Shown here: in pieces, positions 9,812 to 19,228 of the stretch
Numbering within the stretch: position 1 is the stretch's first letter
Layout: the number at the start of each line of letters is the position of its first letter
The notes under the pieces: model-generated
What the model saw: the letters and a program-made list of their open reading frames with translations, nothing else
Databases searched by the model: none
Told to the model about the DNA's origin: nothing
Made by a program: the position numbers and the translations under genes
NCBI GenBank assembly: GCA_963828125.1
Contig: CAWHDP010000001.1
Span: 96,001-160,000 of the forward strand
DNA: 64,000 nucleotides
From: an uncultured Chlamydiae bacterium
GTDB taxonomy: Bacteria > Chlamydiota > Chlamydiia > Chlamydiales > SM23-39
Direction: 5' to 3'

Positions 9812-11173
9812 TTATTTTCCTATTTTGCGCCACCGCTTGCCAGAGAAGAGATTTTCTTCGATCTCTTCTAGAGAGATCCCCTTCGTCTCAGGAACGAGGT
9901 AATGGATAAAGACAATCGATAAAATGCTAAAAATCATATACACGGAGAAAGTGCCGCTTGCCCCGAGCCACTGGACCAATTTTAAAAACGTCGCTGTGAC
10001 GAGGAGGTTGCTTGCCCAATTGACACACGTTGCGAGGCTTGCGCCTACGCCCCGTACTTTTAGCGGGTAGATTTCGGCGATCATGAGCCACATGATTGGG
10101 CCTAAGCTGAAGGCAAAGCACGCGATATACAGGAGCATGCTCACCAGCGCAAGCCAATGGAGGGAGGGGGCGATTTCCGTCGAGCCGCTGAAGAGCCATG
10201 CCAGACAGCCGAGCCCGATGGTCATGCCGATGAGGCCGGTAATGAGGAGGGGCCTTCGCCCAAGCCAGTCGATCATCGGGAGCGAAATGAGGGTGAAGAT
10301 GACGAAGATTCCGCCAATCCCCATGGTTGCGAGAATCGCGGTGGTGGAGCTGCCAAAACCGGCCATCTCCAAGATGCTAGGGGCGTAGTAGAGGATGGTG
10401 TTGATGCCAGTGACCTGTTGGATGAAGGCCAATGCGAAGCCGATCCAGAGGACCGGGCGGACCGATTTGGAGAAGACCGCCTTCCAATGAGACGATTCTT
10501 TTTTTACAGCGAGCTTAATCCCTTCGATTTCATGATCGATATCTGTCTTGGGGCCGCGGATTTTTTGCAAAATGCGACGCGCTTGAGCCTCGTGCCCTTG
10601 AGCGAGAACCCACCGGGGGCTGTCAGGAAGGTAGAACATGCCGATGAAGAGGAAGAGGCCTGGGACAAAGCCGAGTCCTAGCATCCAACGCCACGCTTCA
10701 TAGTAAGCGGAGGCATAGTCGACCATGTAAGAGAGGAGAATGCCGATGCTGATCGCAAGCTGATTCAGAGCGACGAGGGCGCCGCGGTGTTTTTGGGGCG
10801 AGATTTCGGAGATATAAAGCGGCGCAGTGTATGAGGCGATTCCGATCGCGATTCCCACCACGATGCGGCCTAGGATGAGTTCCAAAACGGACTGCGCAAT
10901 CGCAGTGGCAACCGAACCGAACATGAAGATGCAGGCGACGAAAAGGAGAAGTTTTTTTCTCCCGAAGTGATCGGTCAGCCTGCCGCTAAAGATCGCCCCT
11001 AAAAGGGCTCCGAGCAATACAGCGCCCATGACAATTCCATTCATCCCTGGGGTGAGAGGAAAATCTTTAGTGATAAACAAAATGGCTCCGGACATCACTC
11101 CAGTATCATAACCGAAGAGGATGCCGGACAGTGCGGCCACCAAGGCCATCAAGACATAGTAGTATTCTTTCAT
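9812..11173 (-). CDS. Sugar porter family MFS transporter (XylE/GalP-like)
   Basis: FGYDTGVMSGA, PDSPRW, QQVTGINTILYY and PETKG motifs; directly upstream of xylA. Confidence 0.95.
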   Translation of the reverse strand: MKEYYYVLMALVAALSGILFGYDTGVMSGAILFITKDFPLTPGMNGIVMGAVLLGALLGAIFSGRLTDHFGRKKLLLFVACIFMFGSVATAIAQSVLELILGRIVVGIAIGIASYTAPLYISEISPQKHRGALVALNQLAISIGILLSYMVDYASAYYEAWRWMLGLGFVPGLFLFIGMFYLPDSPRWVLAQGHEAQARRILQKIRGPKTDIDHEIEGIKLAVKKESSHWKAVFSKSVRPVLWIGFALAFIQQVTGINTILYYAPSILEMAGFGSSTTAILATMGIGGIFVIFTLISLPMIDWLGRRPLLITGLIGMTIGLGCLAWLFSGSTEIAPSLHWLALVSMLLYIACFAFSLGPIMWLMIAEIYPLKVRGVGASLATCVNWASNLLVTATFLKLVQWLGASGTFSVYMIFSILSIVFIHYLVPETKGISLEEIEENLFSGKRWRKIGK

Positions 11174-11426
11174 AGGAACAAACTAGCAGCTCTTCCCAAA
11201 TCATGCAAAAAATTTTATATTGGGGCGCCTCGCTCCAGGGAATTTTCCGATCATTGAGGGCAATATACCAAAGGGGCTGACAGGGGCTTTTCACTGGACA
11301 TGGGCCATTTCCCAGTCTGCTATTTTTTTTATAAACACTTGATATTAAGCATAATAAACAAATTTAAAATAAATGCTTAATGTTTATTTGTTGATTGTTA
11401 TTAAACAATTGTAATATAATTGCTTT

Positions 11427-11615
11427 ATGAAAATTAAACAATGCGAGTTAATAACAAAGTTTATAATAACGGCATATAGCCTGACTGCTATCATAGGCGG
11501 TACAGTATTAGGATTTTTAAGCCTAGGATTATCAGGTCTATTGGTTGGTTTTTCTGGGGGAATTTTGCTGAGTTATTGTTTGCACAGAAGCCTTCGATGG
11601 TTTCAGCGCTCATAA
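11427..11615 (+). CDS. Small hydrophobic protein
   Basis: 62-aa ORF with two Gly-rich hydrophobic segments, downstream of an AT-rich promoter-like region. Confidence 0.45.
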   Translation: MKIKQCELITKFIITAYSLTAIIGGTVLGFLSLGLSGLLVGFSGGILLSYCLHRSLRWFQRS

Positions 11616-11639
11616 CATTAATATAAAATAAAATGAGTT

Positions 11640-12734
11640 ATGGCAACCAGTACAAAATTTACTAATGCAGAGATTCTTATTTATCGTTCATTACTCCAAA
11701 AAGATGGTTGTTATGGAACAGATCCCGGCCTTGTTGACGAAAATATTGTCCGTTTGACAAACGATTTTCATGTAGAGCCTGGAAGGATCAATGTAATTTC
11801 CGATTCACATTCTTTAGAACAGGAACTTAGATTGAGGCAAAAAAAGATCCTGATATTACCGGGAGGGTACACACCTTTTTTGGCGGAAGACCTCAAATGT
11901 ATATACCCTCTAATAGTGAATGCGGTGGAATCGGGTTTTTTAAATGTACTCGGGCAATGCGCCGGAGCGAACATCATGTGCGATCAATTTTCAAATCTAT
12001 CAAAAAACGGGATCAACAAGCATAATATTACTCAATTAAGCTTATTACCTTTGGTTGCCAATACAGCAGTGTACCCTATCGAAACGGATAAAATGTTAGG
12101 AGAACTCGCAAATCGAAAAATTGTATCCTTACAATCTAACGAGAACCAAAAATTTATGTCCCTTTGGCATAGAGGATCGCGTTTTGAGTACACACCAACA
12201 TCGAAAGCAAGAGATATGGTTCGGCTTATTCCAATGGCCTACTACAATTCACCAGTGGTTCGCGATCCAAAAGAACTGAAAGAAAAATGGATGGCTGCGG
12301 CTTACGGAATTTACCCATCAGGCGCCAAGGCTGTAGTTGTAGGGCCTCATATAGAGGTCGTTGAAGCTGAAGTCCCTCCTGCCCAAGTTGAAGCTTGCAA
12401 AAGCCTTCGAACAGACACTGGGCGACATAATCTCCTGAAAAATATTTTCGAGCTTTTAGGCGTCATCTCTCAACCGCCCCCCAGCAAAATCCATATTGAC
12501 GTGCATGGGATACAGCATAAGATTATATTCTCACAAAAAATAAATAAATCTACAATCTCAATTACCAGAAACAAACACAACATTCATGCACTCGCTCCAA
12601 ACACCACAAAAAGCATTATTCCAGCAATAGTACCAAGTCCGAATCGGAGGAATTATGGTTATTATGAACAAGGCCGTCAAACGATCTATAGGATAATCAA
12701 AAATGCCTCCAAAATATGCAAACTTAAATTTTAG
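11640..12734 (+). CDS. BPL_N-like (class I glutamine-amidotransferase fold) protein with C-terminal extension
   Basis: ILILPGG, LGQCAGA (Cys nucleophile elbow) and GPHIE (His-x-Glu) motifs. Confidence 0.7.
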   Translation: MATSTKFTNAEILIYRSLLQKDGCYGTDPGLVDENIVRLTNDFHVEPGRINVISDSHSLEQELRLRQKKILILPGGYTPFLAEDLKCIYPLIVNAVESGFLNVLGQCAGANIMCDQFSNLSKNGINKHNITQLSLLPLVANTAVYPIETDKMLGELANRKIVSLQSNENQKFMSLWHRGSRFEYTPTSKARDMVRLIPMAYYNSPVVRDPKELKEKWMAAAYGIYPSGAKAVVVGPHIEVVEAEVPPAQVEACKSLRTDTGRHNLLKNIFELLGVISQPPPSKIHIDVHGIQHKIIFSQKINKSTISITRNKHNIHALAPNTTKSIIPAIVPSPNRRNYGYYEQGRQTIYRIIKNASKICKLKF

Positions 12735-12813
12735 CGATTATACCGATTCTTGAGTCATCAATTTCTTTCCTAAAAAAGATCTCAACGGCTATCAATAGTT
12801 TCGAAGGAGATGT

Positions 12814-14100
12814 TTGGTGCGCACATCGAGAATCGATTTTTCAAAGAAAGAGGAAAGGACCGTTATTTTGGCGGTGACCCTTGGGAATTTGCTTGAGTGG
12901 TATGAAATCTATCTTTACGTCTATTGGGCGCCGATTATCTCGAAGTTATTTTTCAATTCTGGCTCCGAGTTTGCCAATCTGATTCATACATTTTGGATTT
13001 TTGGATTAGGTTTTTTAGCGCGACCCATCGGCGGCGTTTTTTTTGGGCAGCTAGGGGACAAAATCGGGAGGAAAAAGGTTTTGATTATTTCTATCCTTCT
13101 GATGACAGTTCCGACATTCGTAACTGGGCTTTTACCTACATATGCTCAAATTGGTGCATATGCTCCGTGGATACTAGGCATCATGAGATTTTTACAAAGT
13201 TTTCCTGCCGGAGCGGAGCTACCTGGGGCTTGTTGTTATTTATATGAAAGTTCTAGGTATGCTGAAAGAAAGTACATGACCAGTTGGGGGCCTATTGGAT
13301 ATCAATTGGGCATCTTGCTTAGTACCATTGAGTGTTATTTTCTCGAGAGGTTTATGTCTGTGGAACATTTGATCCTTTGGGGATGGCGCCTTTCATTCGG
13401 TTTGGGGGGAGTAATTGGCCTATTCAGCCTATTTTTACGTTCGAGATTGCACGAGACCCCCCTATTTCGGGAAATGTCCGAACACTCCAAAATTGTAAAG
13501 GAACCCATCCTGGAAATTTTCCATCAGAAGAGGGGGATTATTTTGGGATTTTTCTTTTCTCTGCTATGTTCTTCGGGCTTCTATTTATTTACTGCTAATT
13601 TCCAAATTTATTTTACAAATGTATTTCAAGTGAGCGCCGCGAATAATCTACTTATTCTTTCAGCTATATTGATTTTTATGACGTTTCCGCTCCCATTTTT
13701 TGGAAAAATGGCAAACAAGTACAACTACAAGCGGATGATTATTTACTCAACGATTGGGATGATTTTGTTGTTATACCCATTGTATTACGGGATTCGGACA
13801 AATAATTTAACAGCGACTATTTTTACCACAATTCTATTTTTTTTATTTTATTCATGCATGACGTCTTTGATTCCGTACATATCTTGCGATTTATTTCCGA
13901 CGAGTTGTCGGTTTACGTGCGTGGCTACAAGTTTTAACCTGGCGGATGCGATAGTTGGGGGGTTTACGCCGGTACTAGGGTTGTACATATTGAGGTATAG
14001 TGGAGATACGGGTTCATTTTGCTGGATTTTACTGATTTTTGCGCTTTTATCGTTAGGTTCCTTTCTGCTCATCAAAGAAAGGAATGCCAACGCCCAATAA
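12814..14100 (+). CDS. MHS-family (ProP/ShiA-like) MFS transporter
   Basis: GNLLEWYE, RPIGGVFFG.LGDKIGRK, WGWR and L.ETP.F motifs. Confidence 0.92.
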   Translation: MVRTSRIDFSKKEERTVILAVTLGNLLEWYEIYLYVYWAPIISKLFFNSGSEFANLIHTFWIFGLGFLARPIGGVFFGQLGDKIGRKKVLIISILLMTVPTFVTGLLPTYAQIGAYAPWILGIMRFLQSFPAGAELPGACCYLYESSRYAERKYMTSWGPIGYQLGILLSTIECYFLERFMSVEHLILWGWRLSFGLGGVIGLFSLFLRSRLHETPLFREMSEHSKIVKEPILEIFHQKRGIILGFFFSLLCSSGFYLFTANFQIYFTNVFQVSAANNLLILSAILIFMTFPLPFFGKMANKYNYKRMIIYSTIGMILLLYPLYYGIRTNNLTATIFTTILFFLFYSCMTSLIPYISCDLFPTSCRFTCVATSFNLADAIVGGFTPVLGLYILRYSGDTGSFCWILLIFALLSLGSFLLIKERNANAQ

Positions 14101-14269
14101 CAGAATCTTTGTTTTGCAGGATGGGATGAGTGAGTGAGGGAGCGAGCAGAATTTTTTTCTCGTTAAAGTCTCTATGTGCAAACCATCAAGCTGAATTGCA
14201 AGCATTAAAAACAGGGGAGCAAACAGCCTTGCAACCTGCTGTTAACAATTAATCTAACGACAGATCTAA

Positions 14270-14328
14270 CCCGCATTTCTCACACATCCGCAGAAAATCT
14301 GCTCAATTTGACATCTATCCCGCCAAAT
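14270..14328. repeat. Truncated end of palindromic MITE family M1
   Basis: CTAA-cccgcatttctcacacatccgcagaaaatctgctcaat... A half-copy of M2 (ggtggccgcagtata) lies nearby at about 14414-14428. Confidence 0.8.
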
Positions 14329-14468
14329 GAGAATTTGTGCGAGCTTTTTTCACGGAAGACAAATCCTTTCTAAATTCCCAAGATATCGATTCGGTATGAG
14401 TATTCAGTGAGCGGTGGCCGCAGTATATATTGGTTCCAAAAAAATGGATTTTGCCATGCAGCCTGTAA

Positions 14469-14870
14469 TTATGTAGGAAAATTAAGCACTCCTGCGATTT
14501 TGCATTTATCCTTCAACACAACTTCGGATTGATATTCCAAAGGAAAAAACTTAAAAGGCTCGCAATTCAATGCCCGAAATACTTCTTCAACACTGCTTCT
14601 ATTTAGCTCCGCAGCATGTATATTAAATTTCACATTGCCACAACAAAACAATGTGAAAGCATAGAAATCATTATTACCTACTAAATATCCATCAAAACAA
14701 TGATCGTTTGTTTTAAACTCAGCTTTTATAAAAAAAACATCGAAATTCTCTAAATTATCATCTTGAGTTATTAATGGAATTTTGTATTCTCTTGTATCAT
14801 CCCACACCCAAATGGGACATGCAGAGAAATCACTTGCTGTAAGAATTTGTCTTTTATCTAATTTTTCCAT
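14469..14870 (-). CDS. Putative immunity protein for Rhs-ParB toxin allele 1
   Basis: Overlaps the toxin stop by 17 nt. Homologous to 19212..19622 (DF...P.W.WDD, FIKA.F, FDGYL.G, C.PFKFFP.EY.S.V.LK). Confidence 0.8.
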   Translation of the reverse strand: MEKLDKRQILTASDFSACPIWVWDDTREYKIPLITQDDNLENFDVFFIKAEFKTNDHCFDGYLVGNNDFYAFTLFCCGNVKFNIHAAELNRSSVEEVFRALNCEPFKFFPLEYQSEVVLKDKCKIAGVLNFPT

Positions 14871-16302
14871 GTTCTCTTAAAATATTTTCCATCTCCTTGC
14901 GGTATTTAGACCCGGGAATGACGATGACGTTTTTTCCTTCGTTTACGGGGTTCAATTTATCGAAAAAATCGTCAAAAACCAGCCGATCATTCAAAGAAAC
15001 TCGCCTGATCGGGATTCTCCTGACCCCTGCATTTTGAAAGGCCACAAGTCTCCGATTGTCGAGGGTATATATCTTTCCATCGAATTCTACAATACGGATG
15101 ATGGGGATGTCTGTAATTTTTATTTTTCCGGCACGCAATCCAGCCGCTAGATCATTGATTTCGCCTCCGCTACTAAAATTCTGGCTGACCGTGGGCTGTG
15201 TGAACCGAATCGTATGCGGGTCGATAAAGTGCTTTGCGTTGAAAGCCAGTTTCTGAGCAGGCTTGAGAGCAGAAGTATTGCAAAACACCCTATTCACTGC
15301 AGATAGAACTCTGGACGTCCCAGACATGACTCCGCCAGGGCCGAAGGGAATACCGACTTGAGCAAATTCCAATCGAGATGAATGTCTGTCGGCAGTGGCT
15401 ATATTGGTTCCAAAAAATCGGTCAATACCCAGCTTGTTGTCCCAAATGTTTTGTTCCGTATCTCGAATCTGATTCGAAAACCACGCGACTGAACGGTCAA
15501 AATCTCTTTGCATCGGTGCTACACATTGGTCGTACAGCTCGTGGGTCATTCTGGAGGCCAGATTTCTCCCAAAATGCGAAATAGCGCTCCAGGCCCTTTC
15601 TCCTTCCCAAGGGGGTCTGGTCATTTGCTGGGCTGTTTTGTTGTCCCAGCCAGTCATGATCAGTCCATATTCATCAAAGTGGTTGAGGGGATCGTTATGA
15701 ACATATGCGTAGAGATTCATCCCGTCGGCGAAGCCTGCTGGATCGGGGGTGAGCCACCGGCCAAGGGAGGGAATGTAGTATCTTCTGCCAAAGTTCACGA
15801 GGTGGGTTTGGCTGTCGGTCCGTTTGGAGGAAAAGCGCCAGGGGCTGACCGTTTCGCCCAAGATCTTCTCGTCACCGAAGGCGCTGTAGCGATAGATTGT
15901 CGGTTCCGAGCCTACGGGTGTGAGGAGTGCGAGGTTTCCTTGCAGATCGTGGATGGAGGTGTGGACTATGCCGTTTAGTTCAATGGCGATGGCGGCACCG
16001 ATCTCTGCGTGGGGGGCCTCTCCGAGAATCCTGAGCTCTGTGACCTTTTGTTCTTCATTCAGACCGCCGATTTCATTTTGTCCGTCATAGAGGAAGTAGG
16101 TGGTCTTTTGGGTCCCTTCTTGGATAACGGTTTTTGAAAGACACCGATGGAGGCAATCGTAGGTAAAGGTTTGAATGCAATCTTCGGTTTCGACCCGCTT
16201 TAGCCGATCTAGGGTCGACGGATCGTTTTCGGTGACAGCTAGAGAAAATTCATCCGAAGAGAGCGGGATGAAAAGACAAAGAAGCGCCAGAATATAGAAC
16301 AT
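14854..16302 (-). CDS. Mini-Rhs toxin: signal peptide, Rhs-associated core and ParB-like toxin domain
   Basis: Hydrophobic N-terminus; core motif FGRRYY...GRWLTPDPAG...NLYAYV.NDPL..FDEYG; C-terminal IRFTQ and YTLDNRRL.AF motifs (ParB/sulfiredoxin-like). Confidence 0.85.
   Translation of the reverse strand: MFYILALLCLFIPLSSDEFSLAVTENDPSTLDRLKRVETEDCIQTFTYDCLHRCLSKTVIQEGTQKTTYFLYDGQNEIGGLNEEQKVTELRILGEAPHAEIGAAIAIELNGIVHTSIHDLQGNLALLTPVGSEPTIYRYSAFGDEKILGETVSPWRFSSKRTDSQTHLVNFGRRYYIPSLGRWLTPDPAGFADGMNLYAYVHNDPLNHFDEYGLIMTGWDNKTAQQMTRPPWEGERAWSAISHFGRNLASRMTHELYDQCVAPMQRDFDRSVAWFSNQIRDTEQNIWDNKLGIDRFFGTNIATADRHSSRLEFAQVGIPFGPGGVMSGTSRVLSAVNRVFCNTSALKPAQKLAFNAKHFIDPHTIRFTQPTVSQNFSSGGEINDLAAGLRAGKIKITDIPIIRIVEFDGKIYTLDNRRLVAFQNAGVRRIPIRRVSLNDRLVFDDFFDKLNPVNEGKNVIVIPGSKYRKEMENILREHGKIR
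14993..16025. repeat. Left arm of a 1033-bp near-identical inverted repeat (partner 17889-19089)
   Basis: The reverse complement matches 17889-19089 apart from scattered SNPs and a 168-bp MITE insertion in the partner. Confidence 0.93.
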
Positions 16303-16521
16303 AGCTGCCCCGAAAAATGCGAAGCAACCATGTTAGGAAAATATTTATTTAGATGCAAGAAATTTTATATAGGCAATGGAGTGGAGGAGCCGCTTTTCTT
16401 TCTCGGAGATCCTCTCTACTCTGCAATCTCGAAAAAAAACGTTGCACTTCTCTGCCAGCTCATATAAATAATGGGTCATTCGTCTGATTTGCAGCATACA
16501 GTTTAGCAATATAAGGAAAGA

Positions 16522-16728
16522 GTGTCACGACTCGTCAAGTGGATGCAAGAGGATTTCAATGAAGAATTTACATTTTACGCCCTTTCAAGAAATCACTGGA
16601 AGACGATCCGCACGGTTAATATAGTAGAGCGGCTTAATCAAGAAATCAGACGGCGAACAAAAGTAGCTCGTTTGTGTCCACATGAGGCTTCCTGCGAACG
16701 ACTTATCGGAGCCGGATTAAATGTTTAG
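16522..16728 (+). pseudogene. IS256-family transposase fragment
   Basis: IRTVNIVERLNQEIRRRTKV...PHEASCERL matches the IS256 C-terminus. Confidence 0.85.
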
Positions 16729-16818
16729 GATTTTTTGAACTGCTGACAGGTGCTGGCTAGTGCTGCCTGCTTTTGGGCCCCAGTGTGCCAAATTTGTTCC
16801 ACGACCTCGTCCACCTAA

Positions 16819-16907
16819 CCCGCATTTCTCACACATCCGCGGAAAAGCTGCTCAATCTGGCGTAACATCTTGAGCACCTTTTCTCGCGTCTGTGTGAGAA
16901 ATGCGGG
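16819..16907. mobile_element. 89-bp MITE (internally deleted M1) with 17-bp TIRs and CTAA target duplication
   Basis: CTAA-cccgcatttctcacaca...tgtgtgagaaatgcggg-CTAA. Confidence 0.92.
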
Positions 16908-16987
16908 CTAATGCTTTGCCTAGACGCCAAGTTAAAAATTCTCAACCAATTGAATTAGAGCCTGTTAAAGTTATTTCTTGCTTTCAA

Positions 16988-17016
16988 TTGACTTTGTACA
17001 TAAACTCGTATATAAT
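16988..17016 (+). promoter_or_regulatory. Sigma70-type promoter of hicAB
   Basis: TTGACT-17 bp-TATAAT immediately upstream of hicA. Confidence 0.8.
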
Positions 17017-17029
17017 TTAAAGAAGCCCA

Positions 17030-17284
17030 GTGAAGAAAAGGGATCTAGAAAAGCAACTCCGTGAGGCTGGATGGCGGTTTGCAAGACACGGGGGTAATCA
17101 TGACGCTTGGACAAATGGCGAGCTATTTGAATTTGTCCCTAGACATGCTGAAGTAAACGAGATGCTGGCAAAGAAGATCCTAAAAAAGGCTAAAGCCAAC
17201 CCTCCCAAGGAGAATGGATATGGAAATGGAAGGAAGAGTCTGGAAAGACGGCAAATTTTGGCTCGTCGAAGTTCCCGCCCTTGA
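17030..17284 (+). CDS. hicA: HicA-family toxin
   Basis: KRDLEK.L..AGW.F.RHGGNHD.W...VPRH.E motif. Confidence 0.9.
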   Translation: MKKRDLEKQLREAGWRFARHGGNHDAWTNGELFEFVPRHAEVNEMLAKKILKKAKANPPKENGYGNGRKSLERRQILARRSSRP

Positions 17285-17651
17285 CGCAATGACTCAGGGG
17301 AAAACTCGTCAAGGGGCTTTGGAGATGCTAGAAGATTTAGTTCTTGAGATGACCAAAAGCTATTTCGACGATGAAGTGGGTACAGATTTTATTATCACTA
17401 TTACCGACTATAAAAAAGATATAATCGGAGTAATGGCTAATGATAATCGATTATTTTTAGCACTCTCTTTAAGAAGACAGCGAGGAAAAAGTGGATCAAC
17501 TGTTCGAGAAGCTTCTGAGAGATTAGGATCCAAATCTCCTAATGCCTATGCTCAATATGAGCGAGGTAAAACTAGCATCTCTATAGATAAATATGAGGAA
17601 CTTCTTTCAGCGGCCAATCCATTTAAAAAATTACGCCTGAAAATTACTTAA
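17214..17651 (+). CDS. hicB: HicB-family antitoxin with C-terminal HTH
   Basis: W.VEVPAL.A.TQG.T...A..M..D, plus an XRE-like HTH (TVREASERLG..SPNAYAQYERG). Confidence 0.88.
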   Translation: MDMEMEGRVWKDGKFWLVEVPALDAMTQGKTRQGALEMLEDLVLEMTKSYFDDEVGTDFIITITDYKKDIIGVMANDNRLFLALSLRRQRGKSGSTVREASERLGSKSPNAYAQYERGKTSISIDKYEELLSAANPFKKLRLKIT

Positions 17652-17888
17652 TCTGATATTTTACCCTGAGAATCAAATGTGCGAGTCTACATTTAAAACA
17701 GGGGCTTTTCATTAAAAAGATTTGATGGAAAATAGATTTTTGCAAAAATAGCGCTTTTCACTAACTCAGAGGCGCTTATGAGCAAAAAGAAACCAACTTC
17801 CTGAAATTGATTAGTACTAACCGTACACCCAATGCTTGGAGTGTAAACTTTTGCGCTAGCGCGCAAATTTTTCGGAAAAATATTCCGG

Positions 17889-19228
17889 TCGGAGAGGCAC
17901 CCCACGCAGAGATCGGCGCCGCCATCGCCATTGAACTAAACGGCATAGTCCACACCCCCATCCACGATCTGCAAGGAAACCTCGCACTCCTCACACCCAT
18001 AGGCTTGGAGCCGACAATCTATCGCTACAGCGCCTTCGGTGACGAGAAGATCTTGGGCGAAACGGTCAGCCCCTGGCGCTTTTCCTCCAAACGGACCGAC
18101 AGCCAAACCCACCTCGTGAACTTTGGCAGAAGATACTACATTCCCTCCCTTGGCCGGTGGCTCACCCCCGATCCAGCAGGCTTCGCCGACGGGATGAATC
18201 TCTACGCATATGTTCATAACGATCCCCTCAACCACTTTGATGAATATGGACTGATCATGACTGGCTGGGACAACAAAACAGCCCAGCAAATGACCAGCCC
18301 GCATTTCTCACACAGACGCGAGAAAAGGTGCTCAAGATGTTACGCCAGATTTTGCAAATCGCGAGGAAGCTAATAGGACTCTTCCTATTCGCGACGAGCG
18401 ATTGGCGAAAGATGACGTGACAGATTGAGCAGATTTTCTGCGGATGTGTGAGAAATGCGGGCCAGACCCCCTTGGGAAGGAGAAAGGGCCTGGAGCGCTA
18501 TTTCGCATTTTGGGAGAAATCTGGCCTCCAGAATGACCCACGAGCTGTACGACCAATGTGTAGCGCCGATGCAAAGAGAGTTTGACCGTTCAGTCGCGTG
18601 GTTTGCGAATCAGACTCGAGATACGGAACAAAAAATTTGGGACAACAAGCTGGGTATTGACCGATTTTTTGGAACCAATATAGCCACTGCCGACAGACAT
18701 TCATCTCGATTGGAATTTGCTCAAGTCGGTATTCCCTTCGGCCCTGGCGGAGTCATGTCTGGGACGTCCAGAGTTCTATCTGCAGTGAATAGGGTGTTTT
18801 GCAATACTTCTGCTCTCAAGCCTGCTCAGAAACTGGCTTTCAACGCAAAGCACTTTATCGACCCGCATACGATTCGGTTCACACAGCCCACGGTCAGCCA
18901 GAATTTTAGTAGCGGAGGCGAAATCAATGATCTAGCGGCTGGATTGCGTGCCGGAAAAATAAAAATTACAGACATCCCCATCATCCGTATTGTAGAATTC
19001 GATGGAAAGATATATACCCTCGACAATCGGAGACTTGTGGCCTTTCAAAATGCAGGGGTCAGGAGAATCCCGATCAGGCGAGTTTCTTTCAAAGATCCAA
19101 ATATTGAAGAGGAATTTTTTAGAAAATATAACCCAGTAAATAAAGGTGCAAATATTGTAATTATTCCAAACGCGCTAATGCGATCAGAAGCCACAGAAAT
19201 ATTAAGGCAGTATGGTAAGATTAGATAG
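17889..19228 (+). pseudogene. Headless, MITE-interrupted Rhs-ParB toxin allele 2 (right arm of the inverted repeat)
   Basis: ORFs 17807..18373 and 18455..19228 are in the same frame. Nearly identical to 14854..16302 except for the last ~45 aa. The signal peptide is missing. Confidence 0.88.
18298..18461. mobile_element. 164-bp palindromic MITE (M1) with CCAG target duplication
   Basis: The empty site is visible in the paralog (atgaCCAGacccc). The filled site reads atgaCCAG-cccgcatttctcacaca...tgtgtgagaaatgcggg-CCAGacccc. Confidence 0.96.

Noticed and set aside
340..10681. Numerous antisense or alternate-frame ORFs over housekeeping genes
   Set aside because: They are shadow ORFs of well-supported genes.
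14993..19089. Assembly artefact as the explanation of the inverted duplication
   Set aside because: The arms differ by SNPs and by a MITE with a clean TSD, and they lead into distinct tips and immunity genes. Read-level confirmation is still needed.
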